Under the pieces are notes generated by a model, which saw nothing but the letters and a program-made list of their open reading frames with translations, searched no databases and was not told the origin of the DNA. The position numbers and the translations under genes are program-made. DNA of 48,186 bases from a virus (lineage: Duplodnaviria; Caudoviricetes): positions 1 to 48,186 of IMG/VR virus record IMGVR_UViG_3300049174_000104; one strand, given 5' to 3'. Positions 16,687 to 24,252 of this stretch are shown piece after piece. The stretch's first letter is position 1; the number at the start of each line of letters is the position of its first letter.

Positions 16687-17385
16687 TTAGCCGACGGGGA
16701 TTGCCGAGCCTCGCCCGCCGCCTCCGCTCGGAGTACGAAGCGATCCGCCCGCAGTCGGGACGCGCTTCGGGTTACGAACGCCGTTGAGTCGACCCGGGCG
16801 GCAGTTCGCGGGGATCTCTCCGCACGCACGGCCGTAGGGGTTGACGAGGATGCGGGACGTGGTGCCCGGGGGATTCGGGTTGAACCCGATGATCTGCAAC
16901 TGGCGAGTGTTCGCCGAGTTGCTGTACGGATCCCAGCACACCGGGCAGGCGCAGCCATTGCGGTTGCGAGGATCCCACTTGTCGTTCGGCCACATGCGAG
17001 TCGTCGCCGCGGTGGGCGTGACTTCGTTGATGTTCTCTTGGAAGCAGCCGTGCACGCCGACCGCCGTGAACCACACGCGTTGGTCCAGCTGCGGATCGGT
17101 CGAGTCCACGACCGTTGCCGATACGGCGACAGGACGGATCCACGGCGTGGCGTTCGGATCGAACGTCAGCGTGAACGCGGTCTGACCCGCAGCGGTGACG
17201 GACTGGCCGTCGATGTCGAAGTAGCAGTCGAGGTGGTTGATGTCGTACGACTCGGGTACGTCGAGATCGCACTCGCCTCCGACACAATCGGCACCGGTGC
17301 CGATGCCCGAGCGCAGCTGCGCTTGGACCATCACTTGGATGCGAGCTTCAGTCTCCATCAGCTCGCGGTTGCTTAGACGCTTCAT
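16687..17385 (-). CDS. Candidate major capsid protein (jelly-roll-like, Cys-rich)
   Basis: Second gene of the operon; GAGGA RBS and structured leader; helical N-terminus, beta-rich core, basic/Gly tail. The ORF is solid but the function is inferred. Confidence 0.5.
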   Translation of the reverse strand: MKRLSNRELMETEARIQVMVQAQLRSGIGTGADCVGGECDLDVPESYDINHLDCYFDIDGQSVTAAGQTAFTLTFDPNATPWIRPVAVSATVVDSTDPQLDQRVWFTAVGVHGCFQENINEVTPTAATTRMWPNDKWDPRNRNGCACPVCWDPYSNSANTRQLQIIGFNPNPPGTTSRILVNPYGRACGEIPANCRPGRLNGVRNPKRVPTAGGSLRTPSGGGGRGSAIPVG

Positions 17386-17399
17386 TGGAGTGTCCTCGT

Positions 17400-17470
17400 G
17401 ATGCGAGCCCTCGCTCGCATCGGTGACACGCGGGGGTCGCCCGCGTGTCTTGCTCTCGGCGAACCGAGAG
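17400..17470 (-). promoter_or_regulatory. Three consecutive perfect hairpins in the leader of the capsid candidate
   Basis: Stems of 9 bp (17400-17421), 10 bp (17425-17449) and 7 bp (17453-17470; UUCG loop on the minus strand). Confidence 0.8.
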
Positions 17471-17477
17471 GAATCGA

Positions 17478-17837
17478 TCAGCTGAACAGGGACTCGGCCG
17501 CCATCGCGCCGAGCCGGTTGAGCAGCGGGACCATGCCGGCCATCAGCATTCCGCTGCCCGCTTCCTTCGCCATGCCCTTCGTGAAGAAGAAGAGGGCACT
17601 ACCAACAGCGACTGCGCCGGGGTTCGCGTATCCGATCCCGCCGAGCGCACTCGCGAGTTCGGGCTTTTGCTGCTCGAGCATCCCGATGCCGAACGCGGTG
17701 ATCGCAGCGGTGCCCTTCTCGGCGAGCTGCATCCCCGCCGCCTTCTCGTTCGCGCGGCGCTTGTTGTCGCGGGCGCGCGTGCGCAGAAGTTCGGACCCCA
17801 TGTCGTAGACGGACATCTCTTCGATCGCTGCAGGCAT
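17478..17837 (-). CDS. Small hydrophobic Gly/Ala-rich membrane-associated protein, first gene of the virion operon
   Basis: MPAAIEEM...; three apolar segments. Confidence 0.7.
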   Translation of the reverse strand: MPAAIEEMSVYDMGSELLRTRARDNKRRANEKAAGMQLAEKGTAAITAFGIGMLEQQKPELASALGGIGYANPGAVAVGSALFFFTKGMAKEAGSGMLMAGMVPLLNRLGAMAAESLFS

Positions 17838-17899
17838 TCTCTTCGGTGTTCCCGTTCGGCGGCGACAGTGCCGCTCGTGCGCGCACAGGATCGAATCGG

Positions 17900-17915
17900 A
17901 GCCACGCGCATGCCA
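17900..17915 (-). promoter_or_regulatory. Putative sigma-54 (-24/-12) promoter of the virion operon
   Basis: Minus strand TGGCATG-CGCG-TGGCT versus consensus TGGCACG-N4-TTGCW, with correct GG-N10-GC spacing, about 60 nt upstream of the ATG at 17837. Confidence 0.55.
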
Positions 17916-17924
17916 AATCGCGCT

Positions 17925-17954
17925 GCGTTTGGTTGCCTTTGGCCGCCTTTGGCT
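17925..17954. repeat. Three tandem 10-bp direct repeats (putative regulator binding sites)
   Basis: GCGTTTGGTT GCCTTTGGCC GCCTTTGGCT. Confidence 0.75.
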
Positions 17955-18023
17955 ATCAGCCAACAGTCGCGGCCAGCAATCGCTACCGTTTGGGCAACAT
18001 CATCTTGTAAGATTCACCAGCGT

Positions 18024-18227
18024 ATGGGCACGACAGATGCGGATATCGATCTGCTAACGCCACGCGAAGTCGCGGGGCTCCTGAAGGTGACCGAGCAAAC
18101 GTTGCAACGATGGCGCGAGCGCGGCGTCGGACCGAAGCACGTCAAGCTGCTGAGCGACGTTCGTTATCGCAGGCACGACGTCGTCACGTACGTCGCCGAG
18201 AATGTTCGCGCGTCGACGCAGGGATGA
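18024..18227 (+). CDS. Xis/AlpA/MerR-like helix-turn-helix protein (HTH_17)
   Basis: LLTPREVAGLLKVTEQTLQRWRERGVGPKHVKL..VRY..DV..Y. Confidence 0.9.
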   Translation: MGTTDADIDLLTPREVAGLLKVTEQTLQRWRERGVGPKHVKLLSDVRYRRHDVVTYVAENVRASTQG

Positions 18228-18512
18228 TCAGTGCTCGGTGGTATCGCCGATGCCGAACGCCTTCTCGATTGCGGCTTCGACCGTCTCGCGAGAGCCGCCC
18301 GTGAACTCCGCGACGCCGGCCATCCAAAACTCTCCGAACAGCGCGCCCATGCGGTAGTTCGGGTCGGCATCCGCCGCAACCTTCTCGCCGCCATATCCTG
18401 CGAGTAAGCCGTAGGCAAATGCACGGAGCGGCTCCGGCAACGAGTCCATGACCTGCATCATCTTCTCGAACGTGGCCGCGGCCCTCTCTTCGGTCTCCCT
18501 ATCCATGCTCAT
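18228..18512 (-). CDS. Hypothetical protein
   Basis: Coupled to the stop at 18509; natural composition. Confidence 0.65.
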   Translation of the reverse strand: MSMDRETEERAAATFEKMMQVMDSLPEPLRAFAYGLLAGYGGEKVAADADPNYRMGALFGEFWMAGVAEFTGGSRETVEAAIEKAFGIGDTTEH

Positions 18513-19759
18513 GCCCTCGCCTTCGCTGCCTTCGCTTGTTGGTACGCGTTGCCGACGACCGCGATCTCTTCGAAGAGCGCCGCGATCTTCTGCGCCTGCA
18601 CCGGGCCAATCAACGCGAGCATCTTGAGGCCCATCGCCTGAAACTTCTCTCTGCCGAGCTCATCGGATAGTTTGCAGAGCCGATCGCATACGCTGCCCTC
18701 GTCCTCGTCGTCGCTGGCGGTGCTGAGCTTGTCGAGTACGTTGTAGAGCTTCGCGCCCATGATCGTCTTTGCCGACTGCTCATGTCCGGCCTTGCGCACG
18801 TCGTCGAGCGCAGCCTTGACGCGCACGCGCAGTGGCGATTGCATCGGCTGCGATGCCGAGCCACCCGGCTTCGGTGCTTCTTCTTGCGTGACGCGTACCC
18901 CGGGCTGCGCCTGTGCTTGCGCTTGCGCTTGCGATTGATCGTCGAAGTCTTCGAAGTTGAGCCCGGCGTTCTTCGCTTTGATCGCAGCGTCGATCCGGAT
19001 CTTCAGGATCACCGCAGGTAGCAACGTCGGAAGCACGCTCGTCGACACGGTGGATCCGAGCTGCTGCAGCATGCCGAACATCTGCTGATCGCGGGCCGCA
19101 TCGCGCTCGGCTTGATCGCGTCGGTCCTGCTGCTCGATCTCCAGCTTCTTCGTCTCGAGTTTGAGCCGCGTTTCTTCGACGGCGAGCTCGCGTTGACCCT
19201 TCGCCATGGTGAGGTTCGCGGACATGAGTGTTCCCATCGCTTCGAACGAGCTCATCACGCGATCGTAGAGCGCCCCGACGTGCTCCTCGCTGCGCTTCTG
19301 CGCCGTCTCGGAGATGGTGTTGTGCGACGACATGAGCTTGGTCGCCTCGCGGAGGATGCTGCCGACGGTGCCCGGCTGCTCTTCTTCGAGCTCGGACTCG
19401 TCGCCTCCGGTCAGCTCGCCGCCCGCAAGAATGGCTCCCTCCTCCGTGACCTTGCCGGCGCGACGCTTCTTGCCGTACATGCGCCAGCGATATTTGCCCG
19501 CGCCCTCGCTCTCGGCGTGCTCGTCGACGACGCGGAGGATCTCCGCGGCCACCACGATGCCGTCGCCATCGACGTGGATGGTGCCAACCTCGATCCAATC
19601 CTTCTTCTGCTTGCGTTCGATCGTGCAGTGCTCGCAGTCGCCGAAGACCGAAGCGAACTTCCGGAACAGCGGCTCAGCCGGATCGGCCTCCTGGAAGGTC
19701 GGCTTCCCCGTCGATTTGGGCTTCGCCTTGGCCGCTGGGGCCGCTTTCTCTGCTGCCAT
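18509..19759 (-). CDS. Coiled-coil-rich protein with a central hydrophobic segment
   Basis: Probable start MAAEK (alternative 19771); long heptad region, LPTLLPAVIL, QA repeats. Confidence 0.75.
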   Translation of the reverse strand: MAAEKAAPAAKAKPKSTGKPTFQEADPAEPLFRKFASVFGDCEHCTIERKQKKDWIEVGTIHVDGDGIVVAAEILRVVDEHAESEGAGKYRWRMYGKKRRAGKVTEEGAILAGGELTGGDESELEEEQPGTVGSILREATKLMSSHNTISETAQKRSEEHVGALYDRVMSSFEAMGTLMSANLTMAKGQRELAVEETRLKLETKKLEIEQQDRRDQAERDAARDQQMFGMLQQLGSTVSTSVLPTLLPAVILKIRIDAAIKAKNAGLNFEDFDDQSQAQAQAQAQPGVRVTQEEAPKPGGSASQPMQSPLRVRVKAALDDVRKAGHEQSAKTIMGAKLYNVLDKLSTASDDEDEGSVCDRLCKLSDELGREKFQAMGLKMLALIGPVQAQKIAALFEEIAVVGNAYQQAKAAKARA

Positions 19760-19778
19760 GGGGCCCAGCATCGCGGAT

Positions 19779-19808
19779 TTGACAAAACCGGTCGAGCTGT
19801 AATAGCTT
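19779..19808 (+). promoter_or_regulatory. Putative sigma-70 promoter of the rightward early block
   Basis: TTGACA-N18-TAGCTT in the divergent gap, about 50 nt before the ATG at 19857. Confidence 0.6.
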
Positions 19809-19856
19809 TGCGGAGCCGTGCACTTCGAGCCCGCTACTAATAGCGATATCGAGTTT

Positions 19857-20282
19857 ATGCCGGCAAATCGCATCATTTCCCGCTGGATCGGCTCGTATTC
19901 GGGCCAGGCGCGACATGATCGACGTTGCGATCTGCGATCGTTCGCGGCTGCGCACGGGCTTCCGTACGACGAGTGCGAAGGCTTCGACGCGATCCGCCAC
20001 TTCGGACGCACATCGCCTCGCGTACTCGCGATCGCGGTCGCGCATTGGGTCGCGCCGATGCGGCGTGCGACCGCGATGCAACGGATCTATCGCATAAATG
20101 GCTTGATCAAATGGCTTGCATCACGCGGCTCGCGTTGGGCGATCGCGTATCGCGAGCAACGTCCTACCATCAAGCTCGCTCGCGATGCTCGCGGGCGATT
20201 CGTTCGCAAACAACCGGAGTCCAAACATGCCAGGCCTATTAGTGACCATCGGAGATCCTCACGCGCCCGTCCGTCGGGCTGA
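19857..20282 (+). CDS. Stand-alone integrase core-binding-like domain protein
   Basis: Aligns by eye to the N-terminal domain of 36977..38002 (LRSFA/LRRFA, HWVAPM/RWVDAM, RAT..QR/PAT..QR); no catalytic domain. Confidence 0.6.
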   Translation: MPANRIISRWIGSYSGQARHDRRCDLRSFAAAHGLPYDECEGFDAIRHFGRTSPRVLAIAVAHWVAPMRRATAMQRIYRINGLIKWLASRGSRWAIAYREQRPTIKLARDARGRFVRKQPESKHARPISDHRRSSRARPSG

Positions 20283-20559
20283 ACTCGATCTTCCAACCTG
20301 CCGCGTCAGCATTCCCGAAAATCTCACGATCGCACGCTGCAACCCGGATAGCATCGTGCTCGTTGGGATCATCCTCGCGCTGCAGGGTATGTCTAATCAA
20401 ATCCACGCGCTTACCATGGTCGCGATCGATCTCGCGCCGCGCGATCCTGGGATCATGATGCGCGCAACCGAGCTGCAGGCCGCCGTCGATTTGCTCCACG
20501 CCTCACTAGCGCAAGCGGGGCCTAGTGCAAACGAGCCCGGCGGGGAGGCGCCGGCCTAG
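20227..20559 (+). CDS. Hypothetical protein
   Basis: GGAG RBS before ATG 20227. Confidence 0.6.
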   Translation: MPGLLVTIGDPHAPVRRAELDLPTCRVSIPENLTIARCNPDSIVLVGIILALQGMSNQIHALTMVAIDLAPRDPGIMMRATELQAAVDLLHASLAQAGPSANEPGGEAPA

Positions 20560-20588
20560 GTCCAAATCGGTCCCCTAGTACAAAAGCG

Positions 20589-20634
20589 CCGGCCCGGTCG
20601 TTTGCACCATTTGCATCAGGAATGATCGGGCCGG
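20589..20634 (+). other. Intergenic stem-loop
   Basis: CCGGCCCGGTCGTT pairs with AATGATCGGGCCGG using two G-U pairs. Confidence 0.45.
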
Positions 20635-20668
20635 GCCGCGCGTCTATCTGGGGAACGAGAAAGGAAGC

Positions 20669-20932
20669 ATGATGCAAAGTGAATCCGAGGCCTATGCGGC
20701 CACCCACTTCCCCGGCGCGCGCGTGGCGTGCTGCAACGTTGATATGCTGGCCTGCGCCAGCGGCCCGATCCAGCGGCTCAATGGCGTTGAGATCTGGCCG
20801 CCAATCGTAAATCGCGATGGCGCGGCCTACGTGATCGTGCCGGGCCACAACATCCATTGGACACGCGAACACGCGCTCGTGCTCGTCGTCGATTCGGCCG
20901 CGCTCGCTCGCGCGCAGGCGCGGGGGTTGTGA
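20669..20932 (+). CDS. Hypothetical protein
   Basis: AAGGAA RBS; coupled to the next gene. Confidence 0.6.
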   Translation: MMQSESEAYAATHFPGARVACCNVDMLACASGPIQRLNGVEIWPPIVNRDGAAYVIVPGHNIHWTREHALVLVVDSAALARAQARGL

Positions 20933-21336
20933 TGCAAAATGAAAAAGTGACGGTCTACCCCGTCGGCGACAAACTCTTCTACATGCGCCTGCGCGTCGCA
21001 GGCACCATGTTGCATGTGCGAGGCTACGATGCCTATGGCGATCAATCGGTTGGCCCGCATCACTATCCGGTGCGCGTGGTCGCGGTGCTCGCTGGCATAC
21101 GTGTCTCCACGTTCGTCATGGGGATACCTGGGCACGAATGCATCGACGGCGCCGAGGCCCGCGAGCACGCGGTTGCATGGCTCGCGGTCAAGCCCGGCGA
21201 TACCGATGCGGACTTTTTCGCCGACATGGATCCGCTCGAGATTGAATTTCGCGAGCAGTACGGCGAGGAGTTGTCCATGATCGCGGAAGTCATGCGCGAG
21301 AAGATCGAAGCTCGCGCGAAGAGGGCACGCCGATGA
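20932..21336 (+). CDS. Hypothetical protein
   Basis: TGATG coupling; natural composition. Confidence 0.65.
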   Translation: MQNEKVTVYPVGDKLFYMRLRVAGTMLHVRGYDAYGDQSVGPHHYPVRVVAVLAGIRVSTFVMGIPGHECIDGAEAREHAVAWLAVKPGDTDADFFADMDPLEIEFREQYGEELSMIAEVMREKIEARAKRARR

Positions 21337-21602
21337 TCGAGGCAGATCAGATCCCGCCACACAATCCCGGGCCACCGTGCCTGCACGATCTCAATACACG
21401 CGTGCTGTGCTCACATTGTGGCAAGCGTGGCGACCAGCATCGCGTTGGCGACGGGCGCTGCCCAATGGGCGATGACTTTCCTGCGCCCGGCACTCGCACT
21501 AACTCCAACAATGCAGCAGTAGCCAATCGTGCGCTTGCTGCATGGGATCGGAGGATCGCTAGACATTGGTCTAGCGCGACGACATACCAGCCGCGACGTT
21601 AG
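21333..21602 (+). CDS. Hypothetical protein with CxxC/H/C cluster
   Basis: ATGA coupling; CSHCG...H...C. Confidence 0.55.
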   Translation: MIEADQIPPHNPGPPCLHDLNTRVLCSHCGKRGDQHRVGDGRCPMGDDFPAPGTRTNSNNAAVANRALAAWDRRIARHWSSATTYQPRR

Positions 21603-21684
21603 ATCGCATCTTCGCCCGCGGGCCCGAGCATGCTCCGGCCCGCGAACGACGAACCGATCAACCCGAACCGAACAAGGATTCACG

Positions 21685-21984
21685 ATGCCACTTCTCATCA
21701 AAGATTTTTTCATCCAGGACTGCGGGATCGACTCGCCCGATTACTTCAATGGCGTTGGCATTGCGTGCACTCGATGGTCGCACGTGTCGGTCGGATGTGG
21801 CGACACGCCGCGCGAAGCCGCGGCGGATGCCGTGGAAGATCTGATGCAAGCGGGATGGGGTTATTCTGCACGCGTCGATGCGCTCGGCTCCACGTTGCCC
21901 GCTGAATCGCCGGGCCTGGAGCGAATCCGTCGCGAGTATCCCGATTCGGACGCCACGCACTACGTCGCGATTTTCGTGAAATAA
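21685..21984 (+). CDS. Hypothetical protein
   Basis: AAGGA RBS within a leader duplicated at 22015-22033. Confidence 0.7.
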   Translation: MPLLIKDFFIQDCGIDSPDYFNGVGIACTRWSHVSVGCGDTPREAAADAVEDLMQAGWGYSARVDALGSTLPAESPGLERIRREYPDSDATHYVAIFVK

Positions 21985-22030
21985 GCTCGCCGCTTCGAAC
22001 GTCACTCAAGAGAACGAACAAGGATCTACG

Positions 22031-22867
22031 ATGGGACGCAAGACGAAAGAACAGCTGAACGACCAGGCCCACGCGCTCGCGTGGCTCCGCGAACACATCG
22101 CGATGGGCGGCACGATCTACTGCACACGTGACCGCCGATCCGCGCGTGCTCGCGATGCTCGTGCGATGGATGGGGGTGTGACCATGGCAACCGTAATCAT
22201 CCGCAATGTGTGGCTGTGCGACGAATGCACGATCGCTGCCTGCAACGACGACTACTCCGGCATCGATTACTACCTGTCCGGCGAAGCCGCGGAACGCCGC
22301 GTCAAAGAGATCGGCGACGGACTCGCGCGGCTCGGCCCCATCTCGCTGAACTCCGACGAAAACGAGGGCACCCGCGAGGAGTCATCGGCCCCCTGCGATT
22401 GTTGCCGCTCGCCGTTCCCGGGCCGCCGTGACCGGTTTGCGATCATGGGCGAGGCAACCCCCTTTGGTCCGGAGCGCGCCCGCGAGCTTTGGGCGGGGCG
22501 CAGCCTGCAGAACGAGATCCATCCAACCGACGACGAGCGTCGCTATGTCGATTCGGTTTGGGCCGAAACCATGGGTGATGGCTCGAGCTGGATGTCCGCG
22601 TTCATGTCCATCATGAACGGCGGCGTTGTAGACGACGATCAGATCGCGATCGCGCTCGATGCCCTCGGCTGGAGCCTGAAGCCATGGCTCTCAAAAATCG
22701 TCGAAAGCGACGACGAGCCGCGTGGCCTCGATCCCGAGACTGAGCGCGGACGCATACGCTGCGATATGGTCGCGTCACTCGGGCTCGCGCAACGCAATGG
22801 CCACGGCGAGTTCCGGTCAACCCCGCTCGGTCGGCGCATCGCGGCGATCATTGAGGCGGGCGTGTGA
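22031..22867 (+). CDS. Hypothetical protein, probably a truncated gene fused in frame to a Cys-rich gene starting at 22184
   Basis: Two RBS/ATG starts in one frame; CDEC and CDCC motifs. Confidence 0.6.
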   Translation: MGRKTKEQLNDQAHALAWLREHIAMGGTIYCTRDRRSARARDARAMDGGVTMATVIIRNVWLCDECTIAACNDDYSGIDYYLSGEAAERRVKEIGDGLARLGPISLNSDENEGTREESSAPCDCCRSPFPGRRDRFAIMGEATPFGPERARELWAGRSLQNEIHPTDDERRYVDSVWAETMGDGSSWMSAFMSIMNGGVVDDDQIAIALDALGWSLKPWLSKIVESDDEPRGLDPETERGRIRCDMVASLGLAQRNGHGEFRSTPLGRRIAAIIEAGV

Positions 22868-22941
22868 TGGCGTGCCCAAAGTGTGGGGGCGATCAAATCG
22901 GGCGCGTTTGTGCGGTCTGCTTTTACACGGCGCCGAAGTGA
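22867..22941 (+). CDS. 24-aa zinc-finger microprotein
   Basis: MACPKCGGDQIGRVCAVCFYTAPK; TGATG coupling. Confidence 0.5.
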   Translation: MACPKCGGDQIGRVCAVCFYTAPK

Positions 22942-23145
22942 TCATGAAGGTGTGCCGCTATTACTACGGCGTCGCCGGATATCTCGCCGCACGCGAGCTG
23001 CTCGTCGGTTACTGGGGCTGGGATCCTGGAAGCTCATCGCAAGACGAATAGCGCTCGCCTGTCGCATGCAGCTCGCGAGCCTTCGGGCTCCCGAGCTGCG
23101 CGCGGTGCCGAGGCTTCTCCTGGCAGTCGCAGAAAGATAAAGGAC

Positions 23146-23439
23146 ATGAACCAGCAAGAACTAGACGGCACGATCATCGCTGTACTTGGCAAGATCTCGA
23201 AAGTGAGCCTGCACCACAATGGCTCCGAGTGGATCGTCAGCTTCAATGGCTATACGGCCTCGGGCGCTACGTTGTCTGACGCATGTGCGGAGGCCGCAGA
23301 GAAGACCCGCGCGCGGAACATCGAGAACCGTGATTCGCACCGCGCATTCTATGAGGCCTTCGAAAAACAGATCGCCGATATTTCCACATGCTCGGCGCTC
23401 GTGGCCGCGCAGAAATCCCTAAAGGCGGAGGAGCCATGA
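23146..23439 (+). CDS. Hypothetical protein
   Basis: AAGGA RBS; coupled to the next gene. Confidence 0.65.
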   Translation: MNQQELDGTIIAVLGKISKVSLHHNGSEWIVSFNGYTASGATLSDACAEAAEKTRARNIENRDSHRAFYEAFEKQIADISTCSALVAAQKSLKAEEP

Positions 23440-23957
23440 GCCGCGTGAAGCCCAACGCCGACGACAAGGCGTACATCGACAACTATCCGCCCCTTCGCGA
23501 CTTTCTCGCACGCGCCGAAGCACATTGCGTCTGGCAAGTGCGCGGGCCCAACAAGAGCTACCTCGAAGGATGGATGCTCGGGGCGAGGCTCGTCATCATT
23601 CAGGTGTTCCCGAACAAGATGGGGTGGCAGATCTGGACTGCGTCGAAGAGCAACAGCGCGTCGGAGACGCTCGCCGAAGTGGCCGAGCATTGCGACCTGC
23701 CGTTGCCGCATCTGCGGTGGTCACCGCGTGCGACCGATCGTTCGCGGCCGCTCGGATCAATCGAGGTTGATCACGCCCGCCGCCGCTGGCTGGTCGTCGC
23801 CCATGACTCGCGGATGACGCTGCTTGCCCGCATGCTCGATCATCACGATCGTGAACCGGAGAGCGCACTCGAGTGCGCTGGGCGTTGCCGCGAAGCGATC
23901 CGAGAGACCCTCAAACATTGCACCGACGTCGTGATCGCGGGGTCGGAGTTCCGATAA
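23436..23957 (+). CDS. Hypothetical protein
   Basis: GGAGGAG RBS; ATGA coupling. Confidence 0.7.
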   Translation: MSRVKPNADDKAYIDNYPPLRDFLARAEAHCVWQVRGPNKSYLEGWMLGARLVIIQVFPNKMGWQIWTASKSNSASETLAEVAEHCDLPLPHLRWSPRATDRSRPLGSIEVDHARRRWLVVAHDSRMTLLARMLDHHDREPESALECAGRCREAIRETLKHCTDVVIAGSEFR

Positions 23958-24252
23958 TGGAACCGTTGCCATACGATGCGCACGTGCGCGCTCGCGGCCG
24001 CCTGCTCACGCTCATCATGAACCGCTACCGCAACTGGACCGTGCGGCCACGCGATGCCAACGAAGATCTCGGGGCGTACCTCGCCCGGGTTCGTGCCATG
24101 GCCTGCATCGCACTGGCCCAGCACAGCTGGCAGCCCGGATGGGGCATGGTAATGGCGCCGACCGCCGATCGTCGACGGCCACGGAAGCGACTCTCGCAGA
24201 GCATCCCTATGGCCTCGGTCCATGCCATCATGTGCAGAATGAAGAGGACATC

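Noticed and set aside
17400-17470. tRNA-like cloverleaf
   Set aside because: Stem lengths and loops do not match D, anticodon or T arms, and there is no TTC T-loop in position and no acceptor stem.
18509-19759. Tape-measure or portal protein
   Set aside because: It is helical but short, has no recognisable motifs or neighbouring head-tail genes, and is separated from the virion operon by the HTH gene.
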